64,000 nt of DNA from Gemmatimonadales bacterium (GTDB lineage Bacteria; Gemmatimonadota; Gemmatimonadetes; Gemmatimonadales; GWC2-71-9): NCBI GenBank assembly GCA_037189525.1, contig JBBCJC010000005.1, positions 608,001 to 672,000 on the forward strand, in the 5' to 3' direction. The notes under the pieces are model-generated. The model saw only the letters and a list, made by a program, of their open reading frames with translations. It had not been told where the DNA came from and did no database searches. Both the position numbers and the translations under genes were made by a program. Below are positions 26,618 to 36,281 of this stretch, piece after piece (the first letter of the stretch is position 1; every line of letters begins with the position of its first letter).

Positions 26618-27736
26618 ATGAATCCGACCTACCGCTCTGCCCGATATAGTTCCTTCCTTTGGCTGGTCGTGGCGTCGAGCCTCGTCGGCATGGGCTGCCG
26701 CAAAGCGCCCCCGCCCCGATCCGCGGCCGTCCCCGTCACCACCGCCCGGGTGGAGCAGCGGACCGTGCCCTTCGAAGTCACCGCGCCCGGTACCGTAGAG
26801 CCGATCAAGGCGGTTGCCGTCACGGCCCAGGTCAGCGGCCTGATCACGGCCGTCCATTTTCAGGAAGGGGCCCTGGTCGAGGCAGGCCAGATTCTGTTTG
26901 AAATCGATCCCCGGCCGTACCGCAACGCATTGCAGCAGGCCGAAGCCACCCTGGCCCGCGATCTGGTCCAGCTGGAAAATGCCCGTCGTCAGGTGGAGCG
27001 GTATCAGGGTCTGGCGCAAAGCGAGTATATCACGTCCGAGCAGTACGAGTCCCTCAAGGCCACCGCCGCCGGCCTGGCCGCCACGGTCCAGTCCGACTCG
27101 GCCACGGTCGACAACGCCCGGCTCAACCTCGAGTACACGACCATCCGGGCCCCGATTTCAGGCCGTACCGGGGGACTCCTGGTCAAGCAGGGCAACCAGG
27201 TCAGGGCCCAGTCGGCCGAGCCGATGGTGCTGGTCAACCAGACCCAGCCGATCATGATCCGGTTTTCGGTCCCGGCCAGCTATCTCCAGACCATCCGGGC
27301 CCAGCGCGGCGAGCGGCTTCGGATCCGGGCGGCCACCACGACCGACACCACGACGCTGCTCGGCGCGCTGTCGTTCGTTGATAACGCCGTCGACACCACC
27401 ACCGGCGCGATCCTGCTCAAGGGCCAGTTCTCCAATGCCAACGGCCTGCTCTGGCCCGGGCAGTTCGTCACCACCACGCTCGAGCTCTACCAGGAAAAAG
27501 ACGCCATCCTGGTGCCGAACGCCGCGATCGTCACGGCGGATGCCGGCAGCTATGTCTTCGTGATCGACCAGGAGCGGAAAGCGGCAATGCGCAACGTCGT
27601 GTTGGGGCGCACGGTCGGGGAGTACCAAATCGTCACCGTTGGACTCGAACCCGGCGAACGGGTGGTTACCGACGGCCAGCTCCGGCTCACCCCCGGCGCA
27701 ACCGTCGACATCAAGAATCTCGATCCCGGGGCCTGA
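26618..27736 (+). CDS. RND efflux periplasmic adaptor (MdtA-like MFP), lipoprotein
   Basis: LVGMGC lipobox; QVSGLITAVHFQEG; TTIRAPISGRTG; VDNAVDTTTG; GLEPGERVVTDGQ. Confidence 0.93.
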   Translation: MNPTYRSARYSSFLWLVVASSLVGMGCRKAPPPRSAAVPVTTARVEQRTVPFEVTAPGTVEPIKAVAVTAQVSGLITAVHFQEGALVEAGQILFEIDPRPYRNALQQAEATLARDLVQLENARRQVERYQGLAQSEYITSEQYESLKATAAGLAATVQSDSATVDNARLNLEYTTIRAPISGRTGGLLVKQGNQVRAQSAEPMVLVNQTQPIMIRFSVPASYLQTIRAQRGERLRIRAATTTDTTTLLGALSFVDNAVDTTTGAILLKGQFSNANGLLWPGQFVTTTLELYQEKDAILVPNAAIVTADAGSYVFVIDQERKAAMRNVVLGRTVGEYQIVTVGLEPGERVVTDGQLRLTPGATVDIKNLDPGA

Positions 27737-27739
27737 CCG

Positions 27740-30700
27740 ATGAATATTGCCGAGCCGTTCATCAAGCGACCAATCGCCACGACGCTGATCATGACGGGTG
27801 TCATGATTTTCGGCGCACTCGGCTACCGTCAGCTTCCGGTCAGCGATCTACCCACGATTGACTATCCGACCATCAACGTGAGTGCCAACCTGTCGGGCGC
27901 CAATCCCGAGAGCATGGCCTCCGCGGTCGCGACACCGCTGGAGCGGGCCTTTTCGACCATTCCCGGCGTCGAGCAAATCACCTCGACGAGCCGGCAAGGA
28001 TCGACCGACATCACGCTCCAGTTTTCGCTCTCCCGCAACATCGACGCCGCTGCGCAGGACGTGCAGACCGCGATTTCCCGTACCGTACGGCGGATGCCCG
28101 ACGACATGCGGGATCCGCCCAGCTACAACAAGTCGAACCCGTCCGACCAGCCGATCATCTACTACTCAGTCACCTCGGAAACGCTCCCGATCTCGACCGT
28201 CAACGAGTACGCCGAGACGATGATCGCGCAGAAACTGTCGACCATCGACGGTGTGGCGCAGGTCAACCTGATGGGCGAACAGCGGTACGCGGTGCGGGTC
28301 CAGATCGACCCGCGCGCGCTCGCCTACCGGCGGATCGGGATCGATGAAGTCGTCTCGGCGGTGACCAGCAACAACATCAGCACGCCGGCCGGATCGGTCT
28401 GGGGCCGCACCAAGGTGCTGGCGCTCCAGTCGAACGGTCAGTTGCAGAGTTCCGCCGCATTCCGGGACATCACCGTCGCCTATCGGAACGGTTCGCCGGT
28501 GCGGCTGGGCGACCTGGGGTTGGTGGTCGACGCGGTCGCCAATCCGCGCCAGGGCAACTGGTACAACGGCGTCCGAACCATCACTCTCGCCGTCAACCGG
28601 CAGCCGGGCTCCAACACCGTCGAGGTGGCCGACCGGGTCACCGCGATGGTCGATCAGATCATCGAACAGCTGCCGCCGTCGATCAAAGTCAACCGGCTGT
28701 ACGACCGTTCGGTCACGATCCGCGAGTCGGTGGCGGAAGTGAAGTTCACTCTGGCCCTGACCCTCGGGCTGGTGGTGCTGGTGATCTTCCTCTTCCTGCG
28801 CAACCTGCCGGCCACCGTGATCCCGAGTATGGCGCTCCCGCTCTCGATCGTGGGCACCTTCGGCGTCATGGCCATGGCCGGATTCAGTATCGACAACCTG
28901 TCGATGATGGCCCTCACGCTCGCGGTAGGCTTCGTGGTCGACGATGCCATCGTGATGCTCGAGAACATCGTCCGCCATCTGGAGATGGGCAAAACACCAC
29001 TCCAGGCCTCACTCGATGGCGCGCGCGAGATCGGCTTCACCATCGTCTCGATGACCATCTCGCTGGTGGCGGTTTTCATCCCGATCATGTTCATGCCCGG
29101 GCTGCTCGGACGGCTGTTCCATGAGTTCGCCATCGTCATCGGCGTGGCGATCCTGCTCTCGGGATTCGTGTCGCTGACGCTGACCCCGATGATGTGCGCC
29201 CGTTTCCTCAAGCAGGATCATCAGGTCAAGCGCGGGCGGCTCTATCAGATCACCGAGGCGGGATACGAGTGGTCGCTCGATCTCTACCGCCGAACTCTGC
29301 TCTGGGTGATGACCCACAAGCGGACCACGCTGGCCTTTTCCTTCGCGATTCTGGTGGGCACGGGCATCCTCTTCGCCGTGGTTCCGAAGGGATTCATCCC
29401 GAGCCAGGACGTCGGCGCCGTATTCGGCAGTCTCGAAGCGGCCGAGGGTACTTCATTCGAGCAGATGACCGAACACTTCCGTCGTGTCGGCGGCGTGATT
29501 CGGGAAAATCCGAACGTCGAAGCCGTACAGATCTCATCGTGGGGCAGCTGGGGACGGGTCAGCGTCTACCTCAAGCCGTACCATGAGCGCAGCGCGCGTG
29601 CCCAGGAAGTGATCCATCAGCTGGCGGGACCACTCTCGCAAGTTCCCGGCGTGCGCGTATTTCTGAGCAATCCGCCCGCCATTCGCATCGGTGGGCGCCA
29701 GAGCCGGAGCGAGTATCAGTTCACCCTGCAAAGCCCCGAACTCGACGTCCTGTACGAGAGTGCGACCGCGCTCGAAACCAAGATGCGCGAGTTGCCCGGC
29801 CTCACCGACGTGACCAGCGACCTGCAGATCCGGAATCCGCAGCTCAGGGTCAATGTCGATCGCGACCGGGCCGCGGCACTGGGCCTCAACATCAGCCAGG
29901 TCCAGAACGCGCTCTACAACGCTTTCGGCTCACGACAGATCTCGACCATCTGGGGCAGCACCAACGAGTATGCCGTGATCCTGGAACTCCTGCCGGAGTT
30001 CCAGGGCGACCCGTCGGCCATCAACCTGCTCCACGTCCGGTCGCCGCGCACGGGAGCGCTGATTCCGTTGGGCTCGGTCGCGTCGATCGAGCCGGTGTTG
30101 GGACCGCTGTCGGTCAACCATTCGGGCCAGCTACCGTCGGTCACGCTGGCCTTCAACCTCGCGGCCGGCATGCCGTTGGGTGACGCGGTTTCCGCGGTTC
30201 GCCAGCTTGCCGATCAGACCCTCCCGTCGAGTATTACGACGAGCTTTGGCGGAACGGCGCAGGCCTTCCAGCAATCGCAGGCGGGCCTGGCCTTCCTGCT
30301 GATCGTGGCCGTGCTGGTGATTTATCTGGTGCTCGGTGTGCTGTACGAGAGCTTCATTCACCCGATCACGATTCTTTCGGGTCTGCCGTTTGCCGTGTTC
30401 GGCGCACTGCTCACCTTATTGATCTTCGGGATCAGCCTCGACATTTACGCTTACGTCGGATTGATCCTATTGGTCGGCATCGTCAAGAAGAACGCGATCA
30501 TGATGATCGACTTTGCGGTGGAGGCCGAGCGGCGGGAGGGTAAACCACCCGAGGAAGCCATCGTGGAGGCCTGTCTGGTCCGCTTCCGGCCGATCATGAT
30601 GACGACGATGTGCGCCCTGATGGGCACCCTTCCCATCGCGCTCGCGTGGGGCGCCGGCGCCGAAGCGCGGCGGCCGCTCGGTGTGGCGGTGGTCGGCGGT

Positions 30701-30868
30701 CTGGCCTTCTCGCAGATCGTCACGCTGTACGTGACGCCCGTGTTCTTCACCTATCTCGACTCGTTCCAGAAATGGCTTGGCGCGCGGTTCGGCCGGGGGC
30801 GGCGGCGAACCGGAGCGACTGATGCGCCTGTTGCGCAACCGGCAATGATGGAAAGCGGCAGCTCGTAA
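27740..30868 (+). CDS. RND efflux permease (MdtB/MdtC-like)
   Basis: FIKRPIATTL; GFVVDDAIVMLENI; GIVKKNAIMMIDFA; RFRPIMMTT. Confidence 0.96.
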   Translation: MNIAEPFIKRPIATTLIMTGVMIFGALGYRQLPVSDLPTIDYPTINVSANLSGANPESMASAVATPLERAFSTIPGVEQITSTSRQGSTDITLQFSLSRNIDAAAQDVQTAISRTVRRMPDDMRDPPSYNKSNPSDQPIIYYSVTSETLPISTVNEYAETMIAQKLSTIDGVAQVNLMGEQRYAVRVQIDPRALAYRRIGIDEVVSAVTSNNISTPAGSVWGRTKVLALQSNGQLQSSAAFRDITVAYRNGSPVRLGDLGLVVDAVANPRQGNWYNGVRTITLAVNRQPGSNTVEVADRVTAMVDQIIEQLPPSIKVNRLYDRSVTIRESVAEVKFTLALTLGLVVLVIFLFLRNLPATVIPSMALPLSIVGTFGVMAMAGFSIDNLSMMALTLAVGFVVDDAIVMLENIVRHLEMGKTPLQASLDGAREIGFTIVSMTISLVAVFIPIMFMPGLLGRLFHEFAIVIGVAILLSGFVSLTLTPMMCARFLKQDHQVKRGRLYQITEAGYEWSLDLYRRTLLWVMTHKRTTLAFSFAILVGTGILFAVVPKGFIPSQDVGAVFGSLEAAEGTSFEQMTEHFRRVGGVIRENPNVEAVQISSWGSWGRVSVYLKPYHERSARAQEVIHQLAGPLSQVPGVRVFLSNPPAIRIGGRQSRSEYQFTLQSPELDVLYESATALETKMRELPGLTDVTSDLQIRNPQLRVNVDRDRAAALGLNISQVQNALYNAFGSRQISTIWGSTNEYAVILELLPEFQGDPSAINLLHVRSPRTGALIPLGSVASIEPVLGPLSVNHSGQLPSVTLAFNLAAGMPLGDAVSAVRQLADQTLPSSITTSFGGTAQAFQQSQAGLAFLLIVAVLVIYLVLGVLYESFIHPITILSGLPFAVFGALLTLLIFGISLDIYAYVGLILLVGIVKKNAIMMIDFAVEAERREGKPPEEAIVEACLVRFRPIMMTTMCALMGTLPIALAWGAGAEARRPLGVAVVGGLAFSQIVTLYVTPVFFTYLDSFQKWLGARFGRGRRRTGATDAPVAQPAMMESGSS

Positions 30869-30895
30869 GCCGCGATCAGGCGAATAGGATGGATC

Positions 30896-30932
30896 CAAAG
30901 CGGGCGGTGCCGACCAGGCGCCGCCCGCTTTG
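30896..30932 (+). terminator. Probable intrinsic terminator
   Basis: CAAAGCGGGCGG...CCGCCCGCTTTG inverted repeat after the RND gene. Confidence 0.7.
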
Positions 30933-31066
30933 TGTTCTGCGACCCGAAGCTAATTGCGGCGTTCGGGTACGGTCTGCGCCAACTTGGTTATGTTCTTCGG
31001 CGCAGGCAGGCAACAATAGCGGATGCCCAGTTGCATTCCCTCCTGCCGAGGCGGTACGTTGTGGTC

Positions 31067-31615
31067 ATGCCTGCATTGGTCCCGCGGTACACGATCGATC
31101 AGTTGGAGTCGTTCCCGGACGACGGGAACCGGTACGAACTCCTGGACGGAGTTCTGCTCGTGACGCCGGCCCCGAACGTCTCTCACGAGGCCATCGTGGA
31201 GCGGCTTTACATCGCGGTGCGCAGCTATCTCGGCGAATCCGTGCACATCTTCACCCGCGGTGCCGTGCAGGTTCCGCCGAGCAACCATTTCGAGCCCGAC
31301 CTGCTGGTCATACCACGCATGCCCCGTCTGCCGAAGAAATGGTCTGACATACCCGATGTCTGGCTGGCAGTCGAAGTATCGGGTTGGGGCTCACGCATCT
31401 ACGATCGCGACTTCAAGCACGACGCCTATCACAGACTGGGTGTACGGACCACCTGGCGTATCGACATCCTGGACCGAACCGCCACCTGCACGAACAAGGG
31501 ACGCGGGAAGGCCTTCCCGACCCGGGATGAGATCGTGTGGCAGGCTCCCGGGTCGGATGAGGCGCTTCGTTTATCCGTACCTTCCTTGTTCGAAGGTATC
31601 GAGGACGACGACTAG
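31067..31615 (+). CDS. Uma2/DUF820 putative restriction-endonuclease-fold protein
   Basis: PDDGNRYELLDGVLLVTPAP..SH; EPDLLV; LAVEVS...SRIYDRDFK..Y...GV. Confidence 0.9.
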   Translation: MPALVPRYTIDQLESFPDDGNRYELLDGVLLVTPAPNVSHEAIVERLYIAVRSYLGESVHIFTRGAVQVPPSNHFEPDLLVIPRMPRLPKKWSDIPDVWLAVEVSGWGSRIYDRDFKHDAYHRLGVRTTWRIDILDRTATCTNKGRGKAFPTRDEIVWQAPGSDEALRLSVPSLFEGIEDDD

Positions 31616-31618
31616 CCC

Positions 31619-32986
31619 CTACTGGCGCAGCAGGATATTGTGGGCGTACCCGCCATCCACCCGCAGCTGAACCGGCTTGCCGTCCTTGCGATCGAACGTC
31701 AAGAGCGAGTTCCCCGCGCTGAAGGAGTCGCCACCCCGGTAGCTGAGCGGCTGCCACGGCCCGTTCAGCGCTCGCTTGATCCGCACCTGGCCCGCACTGT
31801 CGGAAATCCACACGGTCATCGGACGCCCCCGCCCCGGCCCCGTATAGGTTCCGCCGAACTCCGCGGCATTCCCGGCAAAGGTCCGGGTCTGCTCCGGCGC
31901 CGGACCGAGCACGATACGCGCAATAGCCGCGGCCATGGCATCGGGCCGAGCCGGCCCCTGGGAATTGAGCAACACGACGACCGTCAGATCCTGCTCCGGC
32001 CAATACGCAGCAAACGACGCAAAGCCGTTGATATCGCCGCCGTGGGAAATTGCCGGCCGGCCCGCCAGATCGATCAGCGCAAATCCCATCCCATAGCGCA
32101 GCTTGGTACCGTCGTTGAGCACAGCCGGCGCCACCAGGTCCTGATACGACTTCCGGCTCAGGATCCGATCGCTTTTGTGGAGCGCCTGGTTCCAGGCCGC
32201 CAGGTCACCCGCCGTGGAACAGAGCGACCCCGCCGCAAACGGCCACCGATGGTTGACGAAGCCTTTGATGATGAGCCCGGTCGAATCCGTGTCGTAGCCG
32301 TGCGCGTGACCCTTCCGGATCGTGCGCTCGTTGCAGTAGTAGGACCGTGACATGCCGGCCGGCGCAAACAGATGTTTGGCGACATAATCGGCATACGACA
32401 TCCCGCTCACCTTTTCGACCAGCAGCCCGGCCAGGAAATAGCCCGAATTGTTGTAGGTCTGCTGCTCGCCCGTCGGGAAGTCGAACGGCTTGCCCTGGAC
32501 CACCCGGACCAGCGAGTCACGCGGCACGTTGCTTTGCGAGATGGTCCGAAACTCCGGAATCTCGGTAATGCCTTTGATCCCCGAGGTGTGATCGAGCAGC
32601 CGGCGAATCGAGATCCGATGCCCCTGCGTCTGATAGTCCGGCAAGTATTTGGTGATGTCGGCATCGAGATCGATCTTGCCCTCCGCAGCGAGCTGCAGGA
32701 TGGCCACCGCGGTGAACTGCTTGGTCACCGACCCGATTTCGTAGCTCGCATTGGGCGGGGTCGCCACATCGTGCTCCAGGTCGGCAAACCCGTAACCCTT
32801 GAGGACCAGCGTGTCCTTGCCGCGAATCACCGCGACCGAACCTCCGGCCAACCGCCCCGCCTTGATGGGCGCATTGACGAGCGAGTCGATCGCCGCCACC
32901 ATCGCCGCCCGGTCGGGCTGCTGCTGCCCGGCTCCGGCCACCAGCAGGAACGCCATCGACCCCATCAGCCACGGCTTCATCGTCAC
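31619..32986 (-). CDS. Secreted serine hydrolase (beta-lactamase class C-like)
   Basis: GSVTK (SxxK), LLDHTSG, YNNSGY, HGGDING. Confidence 0.92.
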   Translation of the reverse strand: MTMKPWLMGSMAFLLVAGAGQQQPDRAAMVAAIDSLVNAPIKAGRLAGGSVAVIRGKDTLVLKGYGFADLEHDVATPPNASYEIGSVTKQFTAVAILQLAAEGKIDLDADITKYLPDYQTQGHRISIRRLLDHTSGIKGITEIPEFRTISQSNVPRDSLVRVVQGKPFDFPTGEQQTYNNSGYFLAGLLVEKVSGMSYADYVAKHLFAPAGMSRSYYCNERTIRKGHAHGYDTDSTGLIIKGFVNHRWPFAAGSLCSTAGDLAAWNQALHKSDRILSRKSYQDLVAPAVLNDGTKLRYGMGFALIDLAGRPAISHGGDINGFASFAAYWPEQDLTVVVLLNSQGPARPDAMAAAIARIVLGPAPEQTRTFAGNAAEFGGTYTGPGRGRPMTVWISDSAGQVRIKRALNGPWQPLSYRGGDSFSAGNSLLTFDRKDGKPVQLRVDGGYAHNILLRQ

Positions 32987-33141
32987 CTCTGTTCCTCTCA
33001 GTCACATCTGTGGATTGGACCGCCCCGGACGTCGGACCCGGCACCGCGCTGTACGATCCGGACCCGGCCCGGGTTTCGTTCGGCGGTTCGGCCAGCCGAG
33101 CCCGCTTCCCTCTGCGCGGCCCCGTTTCTATCCTCCATCCC

Positions 33142-34695
33142 ATGACTCGTATTGGCGTCTTCGGCTGGGGCCTCGTTGCCCCAAAATCTCCTGATATCGA
33201 GACCTTCGCGGCCAACCTGGCAACCGGCACGAGCTGGCTCGAGCCGTTCAACGGTTTCGGCCCGGATTCCTTCCTGGTCGGCCGGCCATCCTTCGATATC
33301 GAACGGTATCGCGGCTGGGTCAGCGATCGGTTTCCGCCCCGCCGCTTTGCCCAGCTGGTCGAGAAGATGGACGAGCCCACTCTCTTCGCGCTCGGATCGT
33401 TCATCCAGGCGCTCGGGCAGAATCCCGGTATCGAACAGGACCTCCAGGCCCTGGGCGGCGCCGCCCATGTCTACGTCGCCCCCGGCCTGGGTGCCATTGG
33501 CACCTACCACGACTCGGCGCTCGAACTCTATCATGCCCAAAGGCGCTGGGATCGATTCTGGGCCGATCCGGTCCGTAACCCGGCCCTGGCGGCACACCTG
33601 GACGGTGCAATCGACCCGGCCGCCCCGCCGTCGCCCGAAGGGGCCTCGATCGACGAACGGGATGCGCGGGAGAGCGCCTGGTGGCACTACTGGGCCGCGA
33701 AGGCCCCCGGGCTGGCCGCCTACCTCGACACCCTCCGGAGCATCGAAGGGCTCAACGTCGAGGGCGACATCGAAGCCGGTAAGATCAAGATGATGCGGGA
33801 CAAGAGCCGGCGGACCGCCGCGCTCGAAGCCGAGTCCGGAGCGCCCCTGCCGCCGTGGAAATCCGTCTCGGCCAACACGATCTGGAATATCCACAACACG
33901 CCTGCTGCGCAAATTTCGATGCTGGGCAAGATCACCGGCGTCGCCTTTGCCCCGGTCGGCGCCTGCTCGACCTTCGGGCTCGGTCTCAAGCTGGCCATCG
34001 ACGCCATCCGGCGCGGGGAAGCGAAGGCCGTGGTCGTCGGCGCGACCGACCCTTCGCCGCACCCGCTCGTCGTCGGCGCGTTTTATCAGGGCCGAGTCAT
34101 TTCGGCCGATGGCGACGTGTCGAAGCCCCTGCACGGGCTCCGGGGTACCCACGTGGCCGGCGGCGCGGTGGTCTGGATCGTCGGCGACTACGACTACTTC
34201 ACGGCCAAAGGCTATCGCCCGCTGGGCATGGAGCCCGTCAGCGTAGGGACGAGTTCCGATGCGCACCACATCATCACGCCAAGCACCGAAGGCCCCCTGG
34301 CAGCGATCCGCCAGGCCCTCGACCAGGCCCATGCCACGCCGGACGAGATCGGCACCTGGGATCTCCACGCCACGGCCACCCCGGGCGATTTCCTGGAAGT
34401 CGACAACATGCGGCGCGTGATCCCGTCGTCGGTGCTGGTGACGGCCCGCAAGGGAACCTTCGGCCACGGCATGGGCGGCGGCGGCGGCTGGGAGCTCACG
34501 GCCCAGTACCTTGGCGTCGAGCGCGGCAGCCTGTTCCCCACCCCGCTCAAGGCCTCGGAACTGCACCCGTCGATTCGGGCGGTCCATCCGCTCTTTGTCT
34601 TCGACGAGGCCGTCCCCGCGCCGGGTGGCCTCGCCGGCAAGCTCTCGATGGGCATCGGCGGGATCAACGCCTGCGTGCTCTCCCGCCCGTGGTAA
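33142..34695 (+). CDS. Beta-ketoacyl synthase (FabF/FabB-like) with large internal insertion
   Basis: IGVFGWGLVAP; GACST (Cys); SDAHHI; DLHATAT; KGTFGHGMG; MGIGGINA; start at ATG 33142. Confidence 0.85.
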   Translation: MTRIGVFGWGLVAPKSPDIETFAANLATGTSWLEPFNGFGPDSFLVGRPSFDIERYRGWVSDRFPPRRFAQLVEKMDEPTLFALGSFIQALGQNPGIEQDLQALGGAAHVYVAPGLGAIGTYHDSALELYHAQRRWDRFWADPVRNPALAAHLDGAIDPAAPPSPEGASIDERDARESAWWHYWAAKAPGLAAYLDTLRSIEGLNVEGDIEAGKIKMMRDKSRRTAALEAESGAPLPPWKSVSANTIWNIHNTPAAQISMLGKITGVAFAPVGACSTFGLGLKLAIDAIRRGEAKAVVVGATDPSPHPLVVGAFYQGRVISADGDVSKPLHGLRGTHVAGGAVVWIVGDYDYFTAKGYRPLGMEPVSVGTSSDAHHIITPSTEGPLAAIRQALDQAHATPDEIGTWDLHATATPGDFLEVDNMRRVIPSSVLVTARKGTFGHGMGGGGGWELTAQYLGVERGSLFPTPLKASELHPSIRAVHPLFVFDEAVPAPGGLAGKLSMGIGGINACVLSRPW

Positions 34696-34743
34696 CGTCT
34701 CTCCGGGCTTGACGGTCTGCCGATTCTGGCGGCATACTCCCGA

Positions 34744-35928
34744 ATGCCCAAGACATATCCTGCGGTCACCATGTCCCGTCGAGGCATGGTGACTGCCGTC
34801 GGAGCCGCGCTGCTCGGCGCGCCGGCCATCGTACGCGGTCGCTATCAGCTCTTTGCCCAATCGCAGACGCGATACTCGGCCCGCGCCATCAAGCTGGTCG
34901 AAGAGTCGCTCACGATCGACATGTTGAACCAGTTCCGGTTCCCCGACTTCGCGGATAAGCCGCCGCTGTCGACCCGCTGGATCCAGCAGCCGGGCAGCTT
35001 TACCGCGGAGCAGTTTGCCGTCTATCGCGATTCGGGGCTCAAGGTCTTTGCCCTGGGCCATGGCGCCGGCGATTACGCCGCCGGCGTCAAGTACTTCGCC
35101 GACTGGAACGGCTTTCTGGCAGCCTACAGCGACTGGCTGATCCGGATCGACGACCTGGGCGACTTCGACCGCGTCCGCCAGCCGGGCAAGGTCGGAATCA
35201 TGCTCACCTTCCAGGGCTCCGATCATTTTCGCAGCCCCGAGGATGTCGACACCTTCTGGTCGCTCGGCCAGCGCGCTTCGCAGCTCACCTACAACTACGC
35301 CAACCGGATTGGCGCCGGTTTCCTGGAAAACGTCGACGGCGGCCTCACCGTCTTCGGCGAACGGATCGTCGACCGGATGAATCAGGTAGGCATGGCGGTG
35401 GACCTGTCGCACTGCGGCGACCAGACCACGCTCGACGGCATTGCCGCCTCGAAGAAGCCGGTCATCTTTTCGCACGCCAGCTGCCGGGCGCTCGTCCCCG
35501 AGTCGCTCCGCTGCAAAACCGACGACGCCATCCGTGCGCTTGCCAAGCAGGGCGGCGTCATGGGCATCCCGTTCCTCCGCTTCATGGTGCACGGCGAAGA
35601 ACCGGTAACGGTCGAGCACGTGCTCAACCACTTCGACCATGTCGCCAAGCTGGTGGGGGTCGAACACGTCGGGGTCGGCAGCGACATGGACCTGGTCGGC
35701 AACCCCAATCCGGTCAACGGGCCGCCGATCACCGAAACGCCGAACTGGGAACGGTATCGTCTGCACCGCGACCCCGAGGGCCGCATTACCGTGTCAGGGC
35801 TGGATCATCCGAAACGCACCTACGATCTGGCCGAAGGTCTGATCCGGCGGCGTTATGCGGATCGCGACATCGCGCTGATCCTGGGCGGTAACTTTGCCCG
35901 CGTGCTCGGAAAGATCTGGCCGGCCTGA
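34744..35928 (+). CDS. Membrane dipeptidase (M19) family protein, possible Tat substrate
   Basis: SRRGMV signal; QLTYN; GLTVFGERIVDRMN; DLSHCG; FSHASC; VGVEHVGVGSD; ILGGNFARV. Confidence 0.9.
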   Translation: MPKTYPAVTMSRRGMVTAVGAALLGAPAIVRGRYQLFAQSQTRYSARAIKLVEESLTIDMLNQFRFPDFADKPPLSTRWIQQPGSFTAEQFAVYRDSGLKVFALGHGAGDYAAGVKYFADWNGFLAAYSDWLIRIDDLGDFDRVRQPGKVGIMLTFQGSDHFRSPEDVDTFWSLGQRASQLTYNYANRIGAGFLENVDGGLTVFGERIVDRMNQVGMAVDLSHCGDQTTLDGIAASKKPVIFSHASCRALVPESLRCKTDDAIRALAKQGGVMGIPFLRFMVHGEEPVTVEHVLNHFDHVAKLVGVEHVGVGSDMDLVGNPNPVNGPPITETPNWERYRLHRDPEGRITVSGLDHPKRTYDLAEGLIRRRYADRDIALILGGNFARVLGKIWPA

Positions 35929-35996
35929 CATCCCTGGCTGCCACCGCCCCATATCACGACCGGTGTGACCACCGCACCGGCAGGTCAAGAGCGACC

Positions 35997-36281
35997 GTGC
36001 GCACCAGACGAATCGTTTTCAGCTATCTGGCTATCATCGGCATCGGATTGGGGCCGCTGCTGATGGCGCTGGGCGCCGGTGCCGTCGCCAGCGGACTGGG
36101 CTGCAGGCTGAATGAAGCGGCAGCCTATCCCTGTCAGCTCGGCCCCTTCGATATCGGTGATACACTCTACAGTTTCGGGGTGATGGGATGGCTGAGCCTG
36201 GTTACCCTCCCGCTCGGTGCGCTGGCACTGGCCGGATTCACCCTGTACCTCCTGGTCCAACGACTGCGACGGGCCCGATGA
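35997..36281 (+). CDS. Small two-TM membrane protein
   Basis: Two hydrophobic helices flanking GCRLNEAAAYPC; stop overlaps the next ATG. Confidence 0.7.
   Translation: MRTRRIVFSYLAIIGIGLGPLLMALGAGAVASGLGCRLNEAAAYPCQLGPFDIGDTLYSFGVMGWLSLVTLPLGALALAGFTLYLLVQRLRRAR

Noticed and set aside
31067..31615. Uma2 nuclease as a defence system
   Set aside because: Solitary gene with no methylase, antitoxin or other defence genes; Uma2 proteins are commonly scattered.
31619..32986. Beta-lactam resistance gene
   Set aside because: SxxK/YxN/HxG fits the broad serine hydrolase family; nothing specific to AmpC is visible.
32998..35766. 922-aa minus-strand ORF
   Set aside because: Antisense to the well-supported ketosynthase and dipeptidase genes.
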